Shown: one piece after another, positions 1 to 13,929 of the stretch
How positions within the stretch are numbered: position 1 is the first letter of the stretch
Layout of the letters: every line of letters begins with the position of its first letter
Origin: Octopus sinensis
Lineage: Eukaryota
NCBI RefSeq assembly: GCF_006345805.1
Contig: NC_043020.1
Span: forward strand, 13,206,001-13,270,000
Length of the DNA stretch: 64,000 nucleotides
Reading direction: 5' to 3'
Notes under the pieces: model-generated
Databases searched by the model: none
Seen by the model: only the letters and a program-made list of their open reading frames with translations
Told to the model about the DNA's origin: nothing
Made by a program: the position numbers and the translations under genes

Positions 1-139
1 GGTTATCATTAAGCTGATGTTAGGAACATAAATTGCGACCAAGGTTTGGTGGAAGATTTTAATTCAAAACTTTTGAAAACAAGACATTAGTACTCAGAGC
101 CAGAGCCGGTTTCAGCCGGGATGGTAATGAAAGGGTTAA
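1..139. mobile_element. piggyBac-type MITE, right end (partial)
   Basis: Ends GAAAGGG|TTAA; internal sequence resembles the reverse complement of 60980-61030. Confidence 0.45.
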
Positions 140-386
140 TGCCTGTGCTCCATGCTGGGATGGGTTGGACAGTTTGACAGGATCTGACAAATGAGGGGCC
201 TACATCATGGTCTGTTCCCTATTTTGGCATGGTTTCTACACACGATTAACTCAAAACACCATGAATTAGAAAGTATTAAATTTGACAGAGGAATCTGAAT
301 GCTTCAGGGTTAAAGACTGAATTCTTCAAAATGAGATCTCTAGATGCAAAACACAAAAAGAAAACACACAATCTTACAGCAGTCTA

Positions 387-612
387 GACGCAGGAGTGGC
401 TGTGTGGTAAGTAGCTTGCTAACCAACCACATGGTTCCGGGTTCAGCCCCACTGCGTGGCATCTTGGGCAAGTGTCTTCTGCTATAGCCCCGGGCCGACC
501 AATGCCTTGTGAGTGGATTTGGTAGACGGAAACTGAAAGAAGCCCGTCGTATATATGTATACATATATATATATATAATATATATATATTATATATATAT
601 ATATATATATAT
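387..612 (+). mobile_element. SINE family A (tRNA-derived, CORE-like), 5' half only
   Basis: GCAGGAGTGGCTGTGTGGTAAG head, GGTTCAG B-box-like motif, CTTGGGCAAGTG CORE-like motif; ends in (TA)n. Confidence 0.9.
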
Positions 613-1016
613 GGCACAGGAGTGGCTGTTTGTGGTAAGTAGCTTGCTAACCAACCACATGGTTCCGGGTTTAGCCCCACTGCGTGGCATTTGGCAAGTG
701 TCTTCTGCTATAGCCCCGGGCCGACCAATGCCTTGTGAGTGGATTTGGTAGACGGAAACTGAAAGAAGCCCGTCGTATATATGTATATATATATATATGT
801 ATGTGTGTGTATGTGTTTGTGTGTCTGTGTTTGACAACCGATGCTGGTGTGTTTATGTCCCCGTCACTTAGCGGTTCGGCAAAAGAGACCGATAGAATAA
901 GTACTGGGCTTACAAAGAATAAGTCCCGGGGTCAATTTGCTCGACTAAAGGCGGTGCTCCAGCATGGCCGCAGTCAAATGACTGAAACAAGTAAAAGAGT
1001 AAAAGCGTAAAGAGAG
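613..1016 (+). mobile_element. SINE family A, near full length
   Basis: Head, internal (TA)n(TG)n, tail CATGGCCGCAGTCAAATGACTGAAACAAGTAAAAGAG. Confidence 0.92.
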
Positions 1017-1443
1017 TCTCTCTGACTCGATTGAATAGAATGGTCCCCCACCCCACCTCCGACAAAAACTGAAAGTAATTAAATGAAGATTATTATAGAG
1101 TATTTGATGTAAGTGATATGGTCTCAGACATGACCTGGTTTTGAACCATCAATAACACTTTCTCTCACCTATGTTGTTCTTTGTTGTTGTCTTCTAGTAA
1201 TGAAACAGACTTTCGAATATTCTAATGATTTTAACAGTTCTAATTAAGACCATAGAAGTGTTGGGTCTGTTTAATTAATTAGAAATATTTTAATATTAAA
1301 TCTGAATTAATTTTCTTTGTTTCTTCATTATGTTGCTTTGTGGGGAAAATTGAAATATTATTCTTTCTAAAGTTAATTTGATATATGTATATATATTTGT
1401 TTATCTATATCTACACACACATACACACACACACACACACACA

Positions 1444-1474
<31 letters not shown>

Positions 1475-1485
1475 CACGGCTATAT

Positions 1486-1647
1486 GGTAAGAAACTTGCT
1501 TTCCCAACTATATGGTTCCAGGTTCAGCCCCACTGCATGGCACCTTGGTCTAGTGTCTTCTACTAAAGCTTTGGGCTGACCAAAGCTTGTGAGTGGATTT
1601 GGTAGACAGAGACTGAAAGAAAACCATCATGGAAGGCACACACATGC

Positions 1648-1690
<43 letters not shown>

Positions 1691-1833
1691 TGTCTTTGTG
1701 TTGCCTCCCACTACTGCTTGACAACAGGTGTTGGTGTGTTTACATCCCTGTAATTTAGCAGTTCAGCAAAAGAGATCAAAAGAATAACTGCCAGGCTTAA
1801 ACATATACTGGGGTTGATTCATTTGACTAAAAG
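1486..1833 (+). mobile_element. SINE family A, older diverged copy
   Basis: Colinear similarity to the other A copies. Confidence 0.8.
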
Positions 1834-1969
1834 GTCCCTCATGGACTGATTCCATAAACTATCATCAAGACATTTTAAAACCCTTAATTCACAACTGAAT
1901 TCTCCACCTGTTCAGTTCCAAAAGATAATCTACCTGATATCATCATCATCATTGCCATCAATTCTTGAG

Positions 1970-2550
1970 CATTTAAGCCATTCATATCCAGCCCCCAAAT
2001 TCTACCTGATTTACATCCATACTGGCCATACCTAGCCTCTCACACCAACCCTACAGTGAGATTTTAATAATAAAGAATAGGCACAGGAGTGGCTGTGTGG
2101 TAAGTAGCTTGTCTACCAACCACATGGTTCCGGGTTCAGTCCCACTGCGTGGCATCTTGGGCAAGTGTCTTCTGCTATAGCCCCGGGCCGACCAATGCCT
2201 TGTGAGTGGATAGACGGAAACTTGTGGTAGACGGAAACTGAAAGAAGCCTGTCGTATATATGTATATATATATGTGTGTGTGTATATGTTTGTGTGTCTG
2301 TGTTTGTTCCCTTAGCATTGCTTGACAACCGATGCTGGTGTGTTTACGTCCCCGTCACTTAGCGGTTCGGCAAAAGAGACCGATAGAATAAGTACTGGGC
2401 TTACAAAGAATAAGTCCCGGGGTCGATTTGCTTGACTAAAGGCGGTGCTCCAGCATGGCCGCAGTCAAAAGACTGAAACGAGTAAAAGAGTAATCATTGA
2501 AACCTCAAAGTTATGAGATTGTGCATGACTCGCATTCACTTATTTGAAAA
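1970..2550 (+). mobile_element. piggyBac-type MITE fragment interrupted by SINE A
   Basis: 1970-2075 and 2492-2550 match consecutive parts of the MITEs at 22341 and 60753. Confidence 0.6.
2080..2491 (+). mobile_element. SINE family A
   Basis: Full head-to-tail match; small internal duplication of TAGACGGAAACT. Confidence 0.92.
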
Positions 2551-2840
2551 TGCCTGCACACATATTTGCGTAGACACACCTCCCTTTACACTCATACACT
2601 TGTGTATAAGTTGGACCCCTAATTCAGTGTTAAATCTTGGATACAAAACTTTTCCCTTCAAAGTTTAGCTTTGCCCCATGCTATGTATAAAATAGTGCAA
2701 TTCATTCACAAATATGGTGTATGTATTCATACACACATGCACGCACACACACGTGTATATGCATATTTATATATATATGTATGTGTATTTATATATATGT
2801 GTGTGTATATATATATGTATATATATATATATATAACTTA

Positions 2841-3040
2841 TAACTTATAACGGTTTTGGCCAGTATTGTCTAACTTAATAGCACCACCTGGCGAAGTCTT
2901 TCAGTTCAGGATTTGGGCACCAAGGCCCATTCGAGCAGAGAGTTATTGTTTGTGGAGACATATCCGGGTGTGGGTGGTTTGTCCGGTACTGTTTGAAGGA
3001 ATTTGTCCAAAGACTTCTTGAATTTTGTGTGGTCAAAATT
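2841..3040 (-). mobile_element. CR1/L2-like LINE 3' fragment
   Basis: Minus strand reads [36 protein letters not shown], resembling the FK..LDKFL..PD.P C-terminus of CR1/L2-group ORF2; embedded in (TA)n. Confidence 0.6.
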
Positions 3041-3735
3041 ATATATATATAATGTGTGTGTGTGTGTATGTATATTTATCTATATATATGTGTATGTATG
3101 TATATATATATATGTATGTATATTTATCTATATATACATATGTGTGTGTGTATATATGTATGTATGTATATTTATCTATATATATGTGTATGTGTATATA
3201 TGTATGTATATTTATCTATATATATATGTGTGTGTGTATATATGTATGTATATTTATCTATATATATATATGTGTGTATGTATATATATATATATATGTA
3301 TGTGTATGTATATATATGTATGTTTTTATATATTATGTATTTATATATATATGTATATTTATATATAAATATGTGTGTGTATGTATATATATATGTATTT
3401 TTTATATATGTATGTGTATGTATATATATTTATATTTATATATATGTATGTGTATGTATATATATGTATGTGTATGTATATATATGTATGTGTATGTATA
3501 TATATGTATATTTATATATATGTATGTGTATGTATATATATATGTATATTTATATATATCTTTGTGTATTTATATATGTATGTGTATGTATATATATGTA
3601 TGTATTATATATTTATATATATATATATATATGTATGTATATATATATATATTATATATATATATATATATATGTATTTATATATATATATATATTATAT
3701 ATATATATTATGTAGTTTATATATATATATGTATT

Positions 3736-3769
<34 letters not shown>

Positions 3770-4176
3770 TATATGTATGTAGTAAAATATATATATGTAT
3801 GTATGTAATATATATATATAATATGTATGTAATATATGTATGTATGTAATATATATATATATATATGTATGTAATATATATAGATATGTATGTAATATAT
3901 ATATGTATGTAATATATATATGTATGTATATATATATATGTATGTAATTATATATATAATGTATGTAATATATATATATATATGTAGTAATATATATATA
4001 TATATGTATGTAATAATATATATATGTATGTAATATATATATATGTATGAATATATTATATATATATATATGTATGTAATATATATATATAATATATATG
4101 TATATATAGATATATGTATATATATATATATATGTATGTATATATATATAATAGTATATATATATATATATGTATG

Positions 4177-4208
<32 letters not shown>

Positions 4209-5117
4209 TGTATGTATATATATATTATGTATATATATATATATGTATGTATATATATATAATATGTATGTATATATATATATATGTATGATATATATAT
4301 ATATGTATGTATATATATATATATGTATGTATATATATATATATATATGTATGTATATATATATATATATGTATGTATATATATATATATATGTATGTAT
4401 GTAATTATATATATATGTATGTATGTAATATATATATATATATGTATGTTATATATATATATGTATGTATATATATATATGTATGTATATATAATAAGTA
4501 TGTATATATAATATGTATGTATATATATATATGTATGTATATATATATATGTATGTATATATATATATGTATGTATGTTATATATATATGTATGTATATA
4601 TATATATGTATGTATGTATATATAATGTATGTATATATATATATGTATGTATAATATATATGTATGTATATATATTATGTATGTATATAATATATGTATG
4701 TATGTAATATATAATGTATGTATATATATATATATATGTATGTATATATATATATATATGTATGTATATATATATATATCTATGTATATATATATATATA
4801 TGTATGTATATATATATATATATCTATGTATATATATATATATATGTATGTATATATATATATATGTAGTATATATTATATATGTATATATATATATATA
4901 TATATGTATGTATATATATATATATATATATGATGTATATATATATATATATATATGTATGTATATATATATATATATGTATGTATATATATATATATAT
5001 GTAGTATATATATATATATATATGTATGTATATATATATATGTATGTATATATATATTATATATGTATGTATGTATATATATATATATGTATGTATGTAT
5101 ATATATATATATGTATG

Positions 5118-5150
<33 letters not shown>

Positions 5151-5715
5151 TATATATATGTATGTATATATATATATATATATGTATGTATATATATATA
5201 TATATTGTATGTATGTTATATATATATATTATGTATGTATGTATATATATATATAGTATGTGTATATATAATATGTATGTATATATATATATATGTATGT
5301 ATATATATATATATATGTATGTATATATATATATATATGTATGTATATATATATATATATATGTATGTATATATATATATATATATGTATGTATATATAT
5401 ATATATGTATGTATGTATATATATATATATATATGTATGTAAGTATCGTGTTTGCTCCATCAGTTCCATTTCTCTTTTATATTATGTATGTAATATATAT
5501 ATATATATGTATGTATATATATATATATATGTATGTAATATATATAATATGTATGTAATATATATATATATGTATGTAAATATATATATATATATGTATG
5601 TAATATATATATATATGTATGTAATATATATATATATATGTATGTATATATATATATATATATGTATGTATATATATATATATATAGTATGTATATATAT
5701 TATATATATAGTATG

Positions 5716-5746
<31 letters not shown>

Positions 5747-5912
5747 ATATATATATATATATATGTATGTATATATAATAGATATGATGTATATATATTA
5801 TATGTATGTATATATATATATATGTATGTATATTATATATATATGTATGTATATATATATATATGTATGTATAATATATATATATATGTATGTATATATA
5901 TATATATGTATG

Positions 5913-5943
<31 letters not shown>

Positions 5944-6736
5944 ATATATATATGTATGTATGTAATATATATATATATATATATGTATGTATATATATAT
6001 ATATGTATGTATATATGTATGTATATATATATATGTATGTATATAATATATGTATGTATATATATATATGTATGTATATAATATATGTATGTATATATAT
6101 ATAGTATGTATGATATATATGTATGTAGGTATATATATATATGTATGTATATATATATAGTATGTATATATATATATGTATGTATATATATATATGTATG
6201 TAATATATATATGTATGTATGTATATATATGTATGTATGTATATATATTATATGTATATATATATGTATGTATATATATATGTATGTATTATATATATAT
6301 TATGTATATATATATATGTATGTATGTATATATATATATGTATGTATATATATATATATATGTATGTATATATATATATATTGTATGTATATATATATAT
6401 ATGTATGTATATATATATATATATCTATGTATGTATATATATATATATGTATGTATTATATATATATATATATGTATATTATATATATATGTATTGTATT
6501 ATATATATATATATGTATGTATATATATTATATGTATGATATATATATATATAGTATGTATATATATATTATATTATGTAAGATATATATATATATGTAT
6601 TGTATATATATATATATATGTATGTATATATATAATGTATGTATATATATATATTATATATGTATGTATGTATATATATATTATATATGTATGTATGTAT
6701 AATATATATATGTATGTATATATATATATATGTATG

Positions 6737-6795
<59 letters not shown>

Positions 6796-6920
6796 ATATA
6801 TATATATATGTATGTATGTATATATAATATATGTATGTGTATATATATATATGTATGTATATATATATATATGTCTGTATTATATATATATATAGGTATG
6901 TATATATATATATATGTATG

Positions 6921-6954
<34 letters not shown>

Positions 6955-7033
6955 TGTATGTATAATATAATATATATGTATGTATATATATATATATGTA
7001 TGTATGTATATATATATATATATGTATGTATAT
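3041..7033. repeat. ~4-kb (TA)n/(TATG)n compound microsatellite
   Basis: Direct inspection; source of the Y/I/M/C/V-only ORFs. Confidence 0.97.
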
Positions 7034-7307
7034 GTATCGTGTTTGCTCCATCAGTTCCACTTTCTCTTTTTATAAATTATGGCCTCATTTTAAATCCGAA
7101 AACTGCTGAACTAATAAAATTACCGAAACAAATAAACTTGTCATCTATTTTAATACAGTCAATTAATTATTGTTACTGGTGGATCATTTAGCTAATTATT
7201 TACTTAATTGCAGCTTTATTAATTACACTGAGGTAAATTTAAGAAATCAGAAGGAGCAAACAACAGTCAACAACTGAGAGTTTCATGTATTGGTACTTTA
7301 TCAAACG

Positions 7308-7355
<48 letters not shown>

Positions 7356-7839
7356 TATACACACACACACACACACATATTACATATATATATAAGTACA
7401 GTAAAAATTTAGATTCAGATGAATATGGTACTTAAGTTAAAGGCACCAGAATTTTGTATGGTATTATCCATATAAATCAAATGGGGTGATTATAATCAAA
7501 ATAAGCAACAAAGATATCCAAAGGTATTGTAGTACAATCGTTTCATGCTACTTCATTTAATTAAGCAATGTAAATATTACATCAGTTTTAAAATGTAGAG
7601 CAATCTTCAGTCACATATGGAATTATTTTAATTAAATTGACAATGTTCATTTTTATACTTATTCCATTTGCCAACATTACAAAGAGGGTAGGTATATACA
7701 CAGAGGTGAATTTCATCAGTAAAAACATGGTAGTAGAAGATCTTTACTCATGGGTAGATTTCTTATCAGTGATAAAAAAATAGCCCTGGGCTGTCCAATA
7801 TCTAATGAGAGAATATATTTGACAGAAACTGTGGAGAAA

Positions 7840-7925
7840 CTGTAATTGACTTAATCCCTCTGTCTGTTCTTGTTTGTCCCCTCTATGTTTAGCCCCTTGT
7901 GGGTAATAAAGAAATAAGAAACTGG
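7840..7925 (+). mobile_element. SINE family B, 3' fragment
   Basis: GACTTAATCC..TTTGTCCCCTCTATGTTTAGCCCCTTGTGGG tail. Confidence 0.8.
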
Positions 7926-8054
7926 GGATATCTGTGTGTGTGTGTGTGTGTTTTACCACTGGTGTTTTGTTTGTGTTCCTGTAATTGAATGGTTTGGAAG
8001 AAAGAGACAGACAGGGTAAGTACCAGAAAACATGCCAAGCTAAGTATAAGAACG

Positions 8055-8255
8055 CCATGATAGACCATTAGCTCCTACACGCATTCTTTTCTCTCCTTGT
8101 TTCTTTTCTGTGTATCCTTCTTTCGAAGAGCGTAGGCTCGAAACGTAAAAGACTTGTTCTATTTCTATTCCTGAGCGCCATACTAATACATTTGTTTGTT
8201 TGTACTCCACCTGCCTTTGTCTTTTGTTTATTTTCGTAAACCTTCTCGTTATAAG
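8055..8255 (+). mobile_element. Interspersed repeat with decayed hammerhead-like motif (Penelope-like 3' end?)
   Basis: GAGC-GTAG-GCTC-GAAACGTA at 8128-8147; related diverged copy at about 50200-50430. Confidence 0.45.
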
Positions 8256-8309
8256 TGTGGTTGTATTTGCATACAGGCTTTATCCCTGAATCCCTCTCCA
8301 GCTGAGCAT

Positions 8310-8540
8310 TTGTAATCGTGCTGGCTCATAGGTGGTGGTGCCACATAAAAAGCACTTGTATTGGTGCTGTGTAAAAACAGCCAGTGCACTCTGTGAAGTG
8401 GTTGGCGAGGGGAAGGGCATCCAGCTTTAGAAACCACGTCAAAACCAACACAAAGCCTGAACAGCTCTTCACTTGGTCAGCCCCTGTCAAACCGTCCAAC
8501 CCATCCCAGCATGGAAATCAGACATTAAATAATGACGATA
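8310..8540 (+). mobile_element. SINE family C, diverged
   Basis: GGTGCCACATAAAAAGCAC..GGAAGGGCATCCAGC..CCCAGCATGGA. Confidence 0.75.
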
Positions 8541-8865
8541 AACACGAGGATCAATTTTACCAATTAACTCTGTTAATGAGATACCTGAGGATGGCTACAG
8601 CTCAATGACTGAAACCAGTACAAGAACAAAATAAAGAATAAAATAAATTCAGCTGAAATTGAAATTAATAAAATATCTCATTAATGTTATTAAATGTCTT
8701 TTTTGTTCCAACGTTGGATATTTTTTATAATTATAAAGAAACATTTTACCAATTTTGATTTTGATCATCATTTTATGTCTTCTTTCTATGTTGGCATGAA
8801 TCGGAGAGGTTGCCAAAATTTGGTTCACTTGTTATTTAACGTTTCTACTACCTTAGGTGGTTTGA

Positions 8866-9238
8866 CCAGAAGAGAATTAATGCATTCGAGCTTTGGTGTT
8901 GGAGAAGACTTTTGCGGATTCCATGGACAGCGAGGCTCACCAACGGAGAAGTTCTTGATCAGATAAGGCCGAAAATGTCGCTAGAAGCTGGGATCACCAA
9001 ACGTCGATTGGCATATTTTGGTCATATTATGCGGAGAGAATCCCTGGAGAAGGACATCATGCTTGGAATGGTCAGTGGCAAGAGAGGAAGAGGCCGACCA
9101 AGAACCCGCTGGCTTGACACCATCAGGAGTGATACCGGAATGGACATGGCCAATCTGAAGGAAGCGGCCCAGGATAGAACTGACTGGAGGACACTGATCC
9201 AATGAGTGACCGAGAGTCGACTTCGACTGAGCGGATAG
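8866..9238 (+). mobile_element. RTE-clade LINE 3' fragment (RT C-terminus)
   Basis: RINAFELWCWRRLLRIPWTAR..YFGHIMRR..GKRGRGRPRTRWLD..AAQDRTDWR; one in-frame TGA at 9203-9205, presumed original TAG ending at 9238. Confidence 0.93.
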
Positions 9239-9457
9239 AGAGAGGTGGTTTGCAGACCACATTCCACTAGTACATGCCATTTTTGAAATGGTTTCTACCA
9301 CTTGATGTCTTTCAAAAAGCCAACCACATGCCCGGGTGGACCGGATGTATTTTGTTATTTTGTCATAGCATCAACACTTGAGAGGTTGTATTGTCCAGAT
9401 CAAGACTAATCAGTTCTCTCTCCTCTTAATTAATTTAATGGAGCATCATTGCCATCA

Positions 9458-9660
9458 TCCTGTAACATTCGTTTTCCATGCTGGCATGGATTGGACTGTT
9501 TGACCAGAGCTGGCCATCCAGAGAGCTGCGCCAGACTCCAATCTGATTTGACTTGGTTTCTATGGCTGGATGCCCTTCCTAATGCCAAACACGTTACGGT
9601 GTGTGCTGGGTGCTTTTAACATGGTACTGGCATGAGTTCTTTTATCTGGTGCCAGCATGA
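9458..9660 (-). mobile_element. SINE family C, diverged
   Basis: CATCATC..TTCCATGCTGGCATGG..GGATGCCCTTCCTAATGCC. Confidence 0.75.
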
Positions 9661-10594
9661 GTGTTTTTTATGTGGAACCAGGGAATTAATGGAACAGTGA
9701 TGATAGAGAAAGAACCAAGTTGATAAGAGGGAAAGAAGATAGAGCAGAAGTATAATGAGAGCAAGAATGTGATGGAGGAGGTAGTAATGGAAGAGAGACA
9801 GTGATAGGTAACACCATGTTGGTTATTAATAAAACAGTTGAATAGAAAAACAGTGTGAAAAGCACGATGCATAGGGAGAGGGACTGGTGGAGATGGCAAC
9901 GGAGGATGGAGTGATGGAAGTGATAAAGAGAGATGTATTAATAATTAGTTATGTGAGAGAAGGAAAGTGATGGATAACAATAAAGGTGTGAGAGAGAGAA
10001 AGAGAGATGGATTTCTATGATGTTTGGACACTAGAGGAAGGCTGTGGATATCTATAAAGAAATGTGATGATCGAGGGGTATCAGTAGGAGTTAGACATTG
10101 GGGGGAGACATTAGACAGATCCCTCTTTACACAGGCATTATGATGGTTGAGATGTAGAATGCTAAAAGGCGATTATCATGGAAGGTTTGAATATGGAGTA
10201 ATCTAACACCATTGTGATGGGAGATGATGCTGAAATCTCTCTCTATCCCTCATTATTACTTTGTAGGGTCATGGAGTTGTTACAGATGCTAGAATAATCT
10301 TAGACAAAATTGCAAAATGCTTCCTTTCTCTCTGTCCACTCACATTTAACGTCTGGCAGTCATGCTGGCATGGGTTGGACCCTCCCCGTGTTTAAAATTA
10401 ACGAAGCAAACCTTTACTAAAGCAGCTAAACTAGGAGAAATGCTGTAATTATATAAGCACGTGAGTAGATGGAGGTGGGATTATCGATATGTATGTTTAT
10501 AAAGCACCTTGTTATGTACACAGACATACAGTGTATCTTTATAAATACCATGAATGATGTATATAGACATAAGTACATTGTGTATGTGTGTATG

Positions 10595-10625
<31 letters not shown>

Positions 10626-11298
10626 TATATATATATTATATATATATATGTATGTATGTATATGTAGCTAGTGATGTATAGACATAGAGACAATGATATA
10701 TGTGTATAAATATCAATGATGTATATTGACATATATACATTGTATGTATGTATGTATGGAAATATAAGTGATATATATATAGATATAAATGCATTGTGTA
10801 TTTATGAGTATATGAATATATTTTTATATATATATAGTTAGTGACATACACAGACATATATACAATATATATAATATATATCATCATCATCATCATCGTT
10901 TAGCGTCCTTTTTCCATGGTGATGATGGTGATTATGATGATATATTTATATATATATATGTTTATAGCTATGACCATGTGATATCAGTTATGATGATGAT
11001 GATGATGAATGTTATTAGTTTGTATGTCGTACATTGTTATTCGATATTGATTTCGATTTGGTAGAAAAGAAATTATATTTATAAATATTTCTTATTGGGC
11101 AATTTGTCTGTCTGTTTGTCTGACAAGAGTGTTAGCATGAAATTGCCCAATACTAGAGCTATGTAAATTGTGTAGGTGTGTGTGTGTGTCTGTCTGTGTG
11201 TGTATGTATGTATGTCTATTGTTTGATTGTTTGTGCGTGTCTCTAGGTGTATGAGCACGCAAGTGTTGTTTATGTGTATGCATGCTTATGTGCAATTT

Positions 11299-11332
<34 letters not shown>

Positions 11333-11333
<1 letters not shown>

Positions 11334-12120
11334 TCATATAGATATGTATATAGATATGTAAATGTTTATATATGTAGATATTTATGTATGTAGATGTGTA
11401 CATATGTATATAGATTCGTATGTATGTGTGTGTATTCATATAGATATGTATATAGATATGTAAATGTTTATATATGTAGATATTTATGTATGTAGATGTG
11501 TACATATGTATATAGATTCGTATGTATGTGTGTGTATTCATATAGATATGTATATAGATATGTAAATGTTTATATATGTAGATATTTATGTATGTAGATG
11601 TGTACATATGTATATAGATTCATATGTATGTGTGTGTGTGTATTCATATAGATATGTAAATATTTATATATGTAGATATTTATGTATGTAGATGTGTACA
11701 TATGTATATAGATTCGTATGTATGTGTGTGTATTCATATAGATATGTATATAGATATGTAAATGTTTATATATGTAGATATTTATGTATGTAGATGTGTA
11801 CATATGTATATAGATTCGTATGTATGTGTGTGTATTCATATAGATATGTATATAGATATGTAAATTTTTTTATATGTAGATATTTATGTATGTAGATGTG
11901 TACATATGTATATAGATTCATATGTATGTGTGTGTGTGTATTCATATAGATATGTATATATATATGTAGATATTTATGTATGTAGATGTGTACATATGTA
12001 TATAGATTCATATGTATGTGTGTGTGTGTATTCATATAGATATGTATATATATATGTAGATATTTATGTATGTAGATGTGTACATATGTATATAGATGCA
12101 TATGTGTTTATGTAGATGTA
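11333..12120. repeat. ~102-bp AT-rich minisatellite, about 8 units
   Basis: Unit starts at 11333 and 11435; 34-aa periodicity in the minus-strand ORF. Confidence 0.9.
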
Positions 12121-12293
12121 TATAGATATGTATGCATATATATGTGAGTATATGTGTGTGTGTATAGTGCATCCGCAACTATACACCCATACATGCGTGT
12201 ATACAGTGAGTGTGTGTACTGATCAGTCAGTAACACTATAGTTTAACCCCAGATAAGATCAGTGATATAGATTCATATATATATATATATAGA

Positions 12294-12336
<43 letters not shown>

Positions 12337-12749
12337 GTATGTATGCATATGTATGTATATATACACATATATACACAAACACTTCCTAGATTGGCGGTAT
12401 GCCACATATAAACGCCACATTATCAACAACATGACGCAGTTTCATTTTTTGGCTTTTCGTTCTTCTTTCTCATCTTCCCAAGCTGTTTATTTTCATCCTC
12501 TGTGTATCTGCTAGAATGTATATACACACGGGCTTGTATGCACATGTATATATGTCTGTATACCCACATACACTCATGTCTATGCACATGCATGCATAGA
12601 CGTGTATGCACAATTTTGTGTATGTATGCATATATGTCTGCACATATTCCTCTATACACTCATACATGTATATGCAGACAACTATACAAACACATGCATG
12701 TATATATATGTGCATGCATATAAATGTATGCACATACGTGAGCATATTT

Positions 12750-12993
12750 GGTATGTAAAAAGCACCATCCGCTCGTGGCCGTTGCCAGCCTCGCCTGGAC
12801 CCCGTGCCGGTGGCACATAAAAAGCACCCACTACACTCACGGAGTGGTTGGCGTTAGGAAGGGCATCCAGCCGTAAAAACATTGCAAGATTAGACTGGGC
12901 CTGGTGCATCCTTCGGGCTTCCCAGACCCCAGTTGAACCGTCCAACCCATGCTAGCATGGAAAGTGGACGCTAAACGATGATGATGATGATGA
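12750..12993 (+). mobile_element. SINE family C ((GAT)n-tailed)
   Basis: Tandem unit, then GGTTGGCGTTAGGAAGGGCATCC, then (GAT)n. Confidence 0.9.
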
Positions 12994-13282
12994 TATACAC
13001 ACACACACATGACAGAAGTAAATAGATACCCTTATAATCATTAAAATTTATTTAAATCTGAAATTACACTTTCAAATTATTTATTAATTGTTATAATGTG
13101 AATATTTAATATTTAGTAGACATACCCTTTGCATTTTTCAATGCAAGGACCCTATTAGGCATGTTACCGATCAGATGACAAATATTCTCTTGAGGAATTT
13201 TTTGCCAAGTTTCATGCGGTAATCTCAAAAGATCTGGCTTTGAAGATGCTTTCTTGTTCTTTTTATGAAGTGCCCTGTCCAT

Positions 13283-13426
13283 TCGTTTCTGCTCTTGGCA
13301 CAAGGCCCGAAATTTTGGGGGAATAGGGCCAGTCGATTAGATCGACCCCAGTACGCAAATGGTACTTAATTTATCAACCCCGAAAGGATGAAAGGCAAAG
13401 TCGACCTCAGCAGAATTTGAACTCAG
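13283..13426 (-). mobile_element. SINE family B fragment inserted in the Tc1 transposase
   Basis: CTTTGCCTTTCATCCTTTCGGGG core; imperfect 12-bp TSD TGCCCTGTCCAT (13271) / TGTCTTGTCCAT (13427). Confidence 0.85.
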
Positions 13427-13710
13427 TGTCTTGTCCATTATGTCCCAGAGGTGTTCAATAGGGTTCATATCTGGTGACTGGCTTGGCCATGAAAACTTTT
13501 TAATGCTATTCTCATCCAACAAATCTTGGGTCATTTTAGCTGTGTGACAAGGAGCCACATCTTCAATAAATAGTCTTCTGAAATCATTTCACCACTGGAG
13601 AAGATTGGAAGGAGTCCTTTCTGCAATATGGACACATATTTATCAGTGTTTATATTTCCCTCACACTTCACCAGCTCTGATCAACCATTGCTCCAAATTG
13701 CTCTCTAGAC

Positions 13711-13929
13711 CAGTGCTTTTCAACCTTTTTGCTGGAGCGGAACCCCAAGGAAACATTTCACTGGCTCGAGGAACCCCTGTGCAATAATTTAATAGTCTTC
13801 TGCACACATATCTGCACAGGAGAATTAAAAATTACTGCCGATTTTAGCAGTTTTGTAACTTCTAGTGGAACCCCTGAACTGTACTGGCGGAACCCTAAAG
13901 TTTCACGGGACCCTGGTTGAAAACCACTG
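13711..13929. mobile_element. hAT (Charlie-type) MITE
   Basis: 15-bp TIR CAGTG(C/G)TTTTCAACC and perfect 8-bp TSD CTCTAGAC (13703-13710, 13930-13937). Confidence 0.93.

Noticed and set aside
340-1010. Recurring small ORFs (MGLNPEPCGW.., MLAWVGRFD.., MSSNARGTNTD..) here and throughout the window
   Set aside because: Chance frames within SINE A and C copies
3003-7191. Many long overlapping ORFs (up to 336 aa)
   Set aside because: Translations of (TA)n/(TATG)n, which lack stop codons in several frames; composition is Y/I/M/C/V only
10040-10320. Possible Penelope RT remnant on the minus strand
   Set aside because: Only vague resemblance, no diagnostic motif; needs a tBLASTn/HMM search
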